A stretch of DNA of 64,000 nucleotides from an uncultured Bacteroidales bacterium (GTDB lineage: Bacteria > Bacteroidota > Bacteroidia > Bacteroidales > FEN-979). The stretch covers positions 11,225-75,224 of the forward strand of contig CAIYES010000095.1 in the NCBI GenBank assembly GCA_903925275.1, written 5' to 3'. The notes below the pieces were generated by a model. It was not told the origin of the DNA, ran no database searches, and saw only the letters and a program-made list of their open reading frames with translations. The translations under genes and the position numbers were made by a program. Shown here piece by piece: positions 32,117-37,871 of this stretch (positions are counted from its first letter, which is position 1; each line of letters begins with the position of its first letter).

Positions 32117-32536
32117 TTACTTTTTCAATGTACGCATAAAGGCAACCAATGCCCAGCGATCGCCGATGGCAGGAATTTTTGTTTCATACTTGGGCATTTC
32201 ATCGCGCCCTTTATCTGTACGGTAAAGGAGTTCTCCGTCGGTGGAACTCTGGAAAGCGGCAGCGGAGAAATCACCCGGGAAAGTTTTCAGAGAGGCGGCT
32301 TTCGGACCATCACCTAAACCTTTGCTTCCGTGGCATGATTTGCAATGTTTTGCCCATAGATCTTTGCCTGTAGCAACATCAGTATTTGCAGGCGCTTTCA
32401 TGGCTTTGTCCTTATCTGGTACCGGCCATGGTTTTGCTTTTGCCTGTGTCTGTGCCTGCGCGAGGTTACCAAACAGGAAAACCACAGCAATAACTGCAGC
32501 TACCAATAATGATGCGATTTTTTGTGTTGTTTTCAT
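32117..32536 (-). CDS. Class I monoheme cytochrome c, periplasmic
   Basis: Signal peptide, a single CKSCH motif and a distal Met candidate (DEMPKY). Confidence 0.85.
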   Translation of the reverse strand: MKTTQKIASLLVAAVIAVVFLFGNLAQAQTQAKAKPWPVPDKDKAMKAPANTDVATGKDLWAKHCKSCHGSKGLGDGPKAASLKTFPGDFSAAAFQSSTDGELLYRTDKGRDEMPKYETKIPAIGDRWALVAFMRTLKK

Positions 32537-32578
32537 AGTTATTAGTTTTATTTGTTAGAAATTATGTTTGGTTGAAGA

Positions 32579-33661
32579 TTAAAAGGTCCACAACCGGGTT
32601 ATATTGAATCCAAGAAGAATAGCTCCGTTATAAGGATTATTGCGATTATACATTACATTTTCTTGCGGAACGAGCCCATTTGCTGCGCTCAGGAATATCT
32701 GAAATGCATGGGTACTGGTAGAAATTTCAACACCAAGACCGAAATTTGGCCATGGGGCAGTATTCAGGTAAGTCATGAGCGGTTGAGAATAACTTAACAT
32801 TATGGAAGCCTGTGGGCTGATTTTGACTTTTCCGATACCTGAAATGTTGATGTTATCGTTTTTCATACCATTGGCATGGTTATAATTCATTTCGGTAAAA
32901 TCAACAAGGTTATAATGTACCCATGAGATCCCCAATTGGGCTGAAAACTCTTTACAGAACCTGCGGGCAAACAGCATTTCGGCAAAATAGGAAAACCGGT
33001 AAGAGGCTTTAAAGGTGTGATCAAAAAGTGAGCCCAAGTCGGACTTATTGGCTCCGTTGAGCCCTGTCGCCTGATTATAGGTTATATAGTTTAAAGCATA
33101 ATTCGTGTCGTTTTGTATGACCTGGTTTGCGATGCTTCTTTGGAATGCAGTATCTTTAACAATGGAGTTGAAATCAAGGTCCGATGATAACTTATTATTT
33201 CCAAGAAAAGACTTATTCCTTGCATCGAGCGCAACATTCCCATAAAATGTGATGGTAAGCGGGAAACCGCCTTTCCGCTGGCGTGCAATGATATATTTGA
33301 CGCTGAAATCCTGGAGCATCTTTAACTTTGTGGTTCCGAAACCAACCTGCAGGTCTTTTGTAATGGTGAAATTCAATCCGATGCGGATATTGGAACCGCC
33401 CCAGATGCCATAGAGATCGGACCAGTGTTGCTGGATCGTGCCAAAATCATGTTGGATAACTGCCTCAAGGGTTTTCGCAGGGGGAAGGCAAACGGTTCGG
33501 TCTGCAATGAAATATCCGCTTTCAAAAGGTGCTTTTTCCAATGGTTTCCGGGTTGGTTGTTCCGGAATCGAATCCTGTGCAATAACCATTCCAAAACTGC
33601 TCAGCATGAAGATGAACCCTAAAAATAATCGTTTCATTTTACCCATCGTATATGTATGCAT
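32579..33661 (-). CDS. Outer-membrane beta-barrel protein (DUF5777-like by recollection)
   Basis: Signal peptide, alternating beta-strand pattern, C-terminal aromatic residue (RLWTF) and an early HDFG motif. Confidence 0.6.
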   Translation of the reverse strand: MHTYTMGKMKRLFLGFIFMLSSFGMVIAQDSIPEQPTRKPLEKAPFESGYFIADRTVCLPPAKTLEAVIQHDFGTIQQHWSDLYGIWGGSNIRIGLNFTITKDLQVGFGTTKLKMLQDFSVKYIIARQRKGGFPLTITFYGNVALDARNKSFLGNNKLSSDLDFNSIVKDTAFQRSIANQVIQNDTNYALNYITYNQATGLNGANKSDLGSLFDHTFKASYRFSYFAEMLFARRFCKEFSAQLGISWVHYNLVDFTEMNYNHANGMKNDNINISGIGKVKISPQASIMLSYSQPLMTYLNTAPWPNFGLGVEISTSTHAFQIFLSAANGLVPQENVMYNRNNPYNGAILLGFNITRLWTF

Positions 33662-33690
33662 TTCGATTAATTATTAATGTGAACAATCAA

Positions 33691-34083
33691 TTAATTATTT
33701 TTTGCTCCCTGGCTGATCCATTTGTAAACAGAATCGGCATTTGCCTTTGTGCAATAACCTGACATACTACCCCCCGTAGACATTTTCCGGTAAAGAATGC
33801 TATTCCCCGGGGCTGCTACAATAACCATATCCGCCGTATTCATCAAGGCAAGATAGGATTTTCCTTCAACTAAAACGGGAGCAACCTGACCAACCCCATG
33901 ACAACGAATACAATCTGCGGTAAAAATGGGTTGTATTTCTCCCGCAAAGCTGATTTGACCGGGTACAGGAGGTGGTGGTGCGGGTGTTGGCGGATCAGGC
34001 AGAATGGAATCCTTTGAACAGGAAGAAAGGATAAAAATCACAGACAGAATTGTGATCACTTTTTTCAACGTTCTAATTTGCAT
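33691..34083 (-). CDS. Lipoprotein with a Pro-rich linker and a monoheme cytochrome domain (Planctomycete cytochrome C / PSCyt1-like)
   Basis: Lipobox LSSC, linker PDPPTPAPPPPVPG, and IQPIFTADCIRCHG with C-terminal KWISQGA. Confidence 0.7.
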   Translation of the reverse strand: MQIRTLKKVITILSVIFILSSCSKDSILPDPPTPAPPPPVPGQISFAGEIQPIFTADCIRCHGVGQVAPVLVEGKSYLALMNTADMVIVAAPGNSILYRKMSTGGSMSGYCTKANADSVYKWISQGAKNN

Positions 34084-34167
34084 AATTACTTTTTTTAGGT
34101 TTGATCGATTAATGATTCACGAATAAATGTTTTACTAAAACAATTAATGGGTGATTGTTTGTTGTTT

Positions 34168-34202
34168 GAAAAAAAGGCTTCAGAGAACCTGAAGCCTTTT
34201 TT
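34168..34202 (-). terminator. Bidirectional rho-independent terminator after the multiheme lipoprotein gene
   Basis: 9-bp stem AGGCTTCAG/CTGAAGCCT with a 5-nt loop, flanked by A/T runs on both sides. Confidence 0.7.
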
Positions 34203-34220
34203 CTGATTTTAAGGCGTTTT

Positions 34221-35570
34221 TTAGAGACCAGCAGCGTTCAATGCTGCAATAGTATTGGTCATAAGAGCTGTTACGTAGGCGGTGTTATGAATACCAAGAC
34301 TGTACTCTCTTAAGCAGAATTGGAAATTGATAAGGGCTCCCACCTGAACATTCAATAATTTTGGGAATTTAGGTTGTGCACTACCACTCATTTTCCAATA
34401 TCCAGCAGGATTTGATGCTGCATCATAGATATCAAGGTACCCGTCATAATTGTTGGTGGTTAAACCCCACCAGAGATTTGCCGAGGAGGCTTCTCTGTGC
34501 AGAATGTCATGTCCACCGCCGGCTGCGTTAATTTTATCAGCCAGCTGATTCAGCAATGTTTGAACAGATGCTCTTGTATTGACCCATTTGGCGGAAGTTT
34601 TATCCAGTGGCTCATCAATATGACAGCCAGTAACATTACAACCGTTAAAATTCCAGGTAGTACCGGAGCCCAGGGCGGATTCTTTTGCGTTTCTTACGTT
34701 GAATGAGTGACCCCCGGCAATACCGGTCATTGGATTTGCCATATGGCAATCAACGCACGAAGCATGGGTGGTATGGTATGAATTGCTGTAAGCCATGGTC
34801 CCTGCAAATTCAATAGCACCAACTCCAGCATATACAGCTCCAACGGCACCATAATGAATGTGCATTCTGTAGGATGGTTTCACTCCGTGATTTGTCACAC
34901 CGGCAGTAGAATCATACTGAACAGTCAGGGGGAAGTTCTTCAGAGAGTCATAATTTAAAACTCTTCCAGACGCATCATAACCACATGTCAAAGGACGTGG
35001 CTGATGACATTTAGCGCATAAATTGCCGCTTCCGCTATCGGCGGGCAGATCAATCGTTTTAGCTCCGGCCCACATGGTCATAGAAATAGGGGCTGTGGTG
35101 GTAAGTGCAATATCTGATGCACCATATGTCGTATGTAAACTGCTGTGGCAGGTCCAGCAACCGATTTCACCAAATGTGCTGGCAGCGTCGGGAAAATATT
35201 GGTTTACCCATTTTCCTCCAGTAAAAAGAAAAGCAGAGGAAGTATTGTTTTGGCATACATAAACAAATGCTTTTTGTTCATGGCAAGGAGTACAGGCAGT
35301 ATTTCCTGCTTCTTCGAATGCTGTCGCACCCCATGAGTGTTTTGCCATTTGAAATTCCACTGCAATCCTGTCAACCATCGTGGCAGTATGACATATTTTG
35401 CAGGTTTCATTGGCATCTTTACCATTTGTTCCGTTTATTCCGTTTGTTCCGTCTTTACCATTAATACCAGCGACTCCCTGGGGGCCTTCTTTGGTACAGG
35501 CAGTGAATAAAAAAGCCGCAGCCGCGATCATCAATCCGGCAGCAAAAAATAATTTGTGTAAATTTTTCAT
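34221..35570 (-). CDS. Multiheme c-type cytochrome lipoprotein with an N-terminal collagen-like (GXY)8 segment
   Basis: Start at MKNLHKLFF (ATG at 35570), lipobox LFTAC, then GPQGVAGINGKDGTNGINGTNGKD. Five CxxCH motifs (CKICH, CTPCH, CWTCH, CAKCH, CVDCH) plus one CxxxxCH (CNVTGCH). Confidence 0.85.
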   Translation of the reverse strand: MKNLHKLFFAAGLMIAAAAFLFTACTKEGPQGVAGINGKDGTNGINGTNGKDANETCKICHTATMVDRIAVEFQMAKHSWGATAFEEAGNTACTPCHEQKAFVYVCQNNTSSAFLFTGGKWVNQYFPDAASTFGEIGCWTCHSSLHTTYGASDIALTTTAPISMTMWAGAKTIDLPADSGSGNLCAKCHQPRPLTCGYDASGRVLNYDSLKNFPLTVQYDSTAGVTNHGVKPSYRMHIHYGAVGAVYAGVGAIEFAGTMAYSNSYHTTHASCVDCHMANPMTGIAGGHSFNVRNAKESALGSGTTWNFNGCNVTGCHIDEPLDKTSAKWVNTRASVQTLLNQLADKINAAGGGHDILHREASSANLWWGLTTNNYDGYLDIYDAASNPAGYWKMSGSAQPKFPKLLNVQVGALINFQFCLREYSLGIHNTAYVTALMTNTIAALNAAGL

Positions 35571-35724
35571 ATTCTTACAGTTTTTGTTAATAAATACGTT
35601 TGTGGTCGCAGCAGACAACTTGTGCAAATTGTTTCGGGAACAAAAATATCGAAGTTTGTGAATCAACCTGTTGATAAGTTAGTGAGATTTGTTAATAATG
35701 TAACTGATATATCTCAACACTTCA

Positions 35725-35738
35725 TTGACATATATCAA
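35725..35738. promoter_or_regulatory. FNR/CRP-type palindromic box TTGACATATATCAA upstream of the multiheme lipoprotein gene
   Basis: One mismatch to TTGAT-N4-ATCAA. It lies in the intergenic region between fnr-like and the cytochrome gene. A TATTTTTG -7-like box lies on the minus strand at 35641-35648. Confidence 0.45.
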
Positions 35739-35829
35739 TCCGTAGATAAATAAATGAGTAAAAAAATGAAAAAAGCAGATTAAACCGGATCAAGGGAGGG
35801 CAACAAATGCCCTGATTGTTAATCTATTA

Positions 35830-36525
35830 TCAGCCGGTTTCGCTGATCTGACGCAACTGTTTCGGATTGAGGATCTCTAAGGCGTTTCCAGCAAGTGTTA
35901 AAATTCCTTCTTCTTTAAATTCCTTTAATATCCGGATCGCGCTTTCTTTCGACATGCCGGAGAGGTCGGCCAGGTCCTGTCGCGAGATGGTCAGTTCAAA
36001 CGGATTCTGGCAATAAATTTTATCAGAAAGGTAAAAGAGTACATCGGCAATCCGGCCGTGCATTTGTTTTTGTGTGAGGCTTATTACCTGGTCAAAGTTA
36101 AAAATGGACTGCAGCGACACCCGTTTAATAAATTCTTCGGCAAAATCAGCATTTTCCCGGATCAATTTTTTAAAGATGTTGACATCAACAAGGCATGCCT
36201 GACAATCCTCAACGGCAGAAGCTGAATAATAGTGGCGGTTATCGACATAGATTCCCGGACCGAAAATATAATCTACCGGTTTAATCAGCGCAAGGATTAG
36301 GTTCTTTCCATATCCCTCAATATATATTTTAGCAAGGCCGGAGGTAACGCATACAAAGTAGGGAGAAGGTGTGCCTTGTTTGAAAATGATTTCGCCAGCC
36401 TTATAACTTACCTTGAACCGGCTGCTGTTAATCAAAGAAATTTCGAAGGGACTCAGGTTTTTAAATATGGAAGCTTTACAGTTGCAATCGGCGCAATTGG
36501 AAGAATGATGTAATTTATTTACCAT
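35830..36525 (-). CDS. Crp/Fnr-family transcriptional regulator with an N-terminal Cys cluster
   Basis: cNMP-binding-like beta-roll, C-terminal helix-turn-helix (SRQDLADLSGMSKESAIRILKEF) and an N-terminal CADCNC motif. Confidence 0.85.
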   Translation of the reverse strand: MVNKLHHSSNCADCNCKASIFKNLSPFEISLINSSRFKVSYKAGEIIFKQGTPSPYFVCVTSGLAKIYIEGYGKNLILALIKPVDYIFGPGIYVDNRHYYSASAVEDCQACLVDVNIFKKLIRENADFAEEFIKRVSLQSIFNFDQVISLTQKQMHGRIADVLFYLSDKIYCQNPFELTISRQDLADLSGMSKESAIRILKEFKEEGILTLAGNALEILNPKQLRQISETG

Positions 36526-36581
36526 CAGATTTGACTGCTTGAATCATTGTTTTTGAAAAGCAGACAAATTTAATACATAAA

Positions 36582-36595
36582 TTGATATAAAACAA
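36582..36595. promoter_or_regulatory. FNR-like box TTGATATAAAACAA upstream of the fnr-like gene (possible autoregulation)
   Basis: One mismatch to TTGAT-N4-ATCAA, about 60-70 nt upstream of the ATG at 36525. Confidence 0.3.
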
Positions 36596-36635
36596 TTTTT
36601 CCGGCTCTTTTGATCAACGTAAAACTTGAGATAAA

Positions 36636-37631
36636 TCAACCTCCGGCCAATCCATTGGCGTATAAATAGGTTGCAATCTGTACAGCATTGGTGGCTGCAC
36701 CTTTCCGGAGATTATCTGCAACAATGAAGAGATTCAGGGAGTTGGGCTGTGATTCGTCACGTCGAATCCTGCCGACGAATACCTCGTCTTTGCCCTTGGC
36801 CCCGATCGGCATCGGGTAAATGTTATTTTTAATATCATCCTGAACGATTATTCCGGGTGCAGCGCCAAGCAGGGCAAAAATGTCGCGGATTTCATAATCC
36901 CGGCAAAATTCCAGGTTAATGGCTTCGGAATGACCGCCCAGAACAGGAACCCTGACAATCGTGGCCGTAATCCTGATTGAATAATCATCAAGAATTTTTT
37001 GGGTTTCGTTTACCAGTTTCATCTCTTCTGAGGTATAACCATTTTCCTGAAAAACACCTCCATGAGGAAACAGGTTCAGATCGATCGGGTATGGATATGC
37101 CATTTCTCCCATAATACCCTTGCGTTCATTTTCGAGCTGTTGTATGGCTTTTGCTCCCGTTCCGGTTACCGACTGATAAGTTGACGCAACGATGCGTTTG
37201 ATTCCATATTTCGCATGAAGTGGCGCCATAACGAGTACCAATTGAATTGTTGAGCAATTGGGATTGGCGATGATCTTGTGATCTTTAGTCAGAATTGAAG
37301 CGTTTATTTCAGGGACAATTAAAGGAATTGACTGATCCATACGCCAGGCGGAGGAATTATCTATAACCGTTATTCCTGCAGCAGCATAGCGGGGAGCCCA
37401 TTCCCTTGATGCAGCAGCGCCGGCAGAAAAGATTGCAATGTCGGGCTTTGCTCCAATTGCCTGTTCGTGGGTGTGAATAAAATAACTGTTGTGGTTGAAA
37501 GTAAGTGGAAGCCCTGCTGATTTCATTGAAGCGACAGGGATGAATAATTCGGGATAAAGCTTATGTTCATCAAGAACTTTAAGAATCTCGCGTCCCACCA
37601 AACCTGTAACACCGACAATTGCCAGCTTCAT
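36636..37631 (-). CDS. asd: Aspartate-semialdehyde dehydrogenase
   Basis: MKLAIVGVTGLVGRE Rossmann start and active-site block IANPNCSTI. The ORF-track extension to 38015 merely reads through tandem repeats. Confidence 0.9.
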   Translation of the reverse strand: MKLAIVGVTGLVGREILKVLDEHKLYPELFIPVASMKSAGLPLTFNHNSYFIHTHEQAIGAKPDIAIFSAGAAASREWAPRYAAAGITVIDNSSAWRMDQSIPLIVPEINASILTKDHKIIANPNCSTIQLVLVMAPLHAKYGIKRIVASTYQSVTGTGAKAIQQLENERKGIMGEMAYPYPIDLNLFPHGGVFQENGYTSEEMKLVNETQKILDDYSIRITATIVRVPVLGGHSEAINLEFCRDYEIRDIFALLGAAPGIIVQDDIKNNIYPMPIGAKGKDEVFVGRIRRDESQPNSLNLFIVADNLRKGAATNAVQIATYLYANGLAGG

Positions 37632-37661
37632 GTTGTATTTTTTGGCAAAGGTACAGGAAAA

Positions 37662-37782
37662 ATGGTGAAATGGTGAAATGGTGAAATGGTGAAATGGTGA
37701 GATGGTGAGATGGTGAGATGGTGAAATGGTGAAATGGTGAGATGGTGAAATGGTGAAATGGTGAGATGGTGAAATGGTGAAA
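37662..37782. repeat. 8-bp tandem array, 15 units (ATGGTGAA / ATGGTGAG), in the asd / LTD-protein divergent intergenic region
   Basis: Counted directly. Unit order is a a a a g g g a a g a a g a a. The array ends 30 nt from the asd ATG. Confidence 0.95.
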
Positions 37783-37871
37783 AAAATCCGGAATGGGAAG
37801 ATTGGCGGGGAGTTTTTATCAACACAGGTATTACTTTTCGGTAATTTCCGGATTAAGCAGAAAAACCGCAT

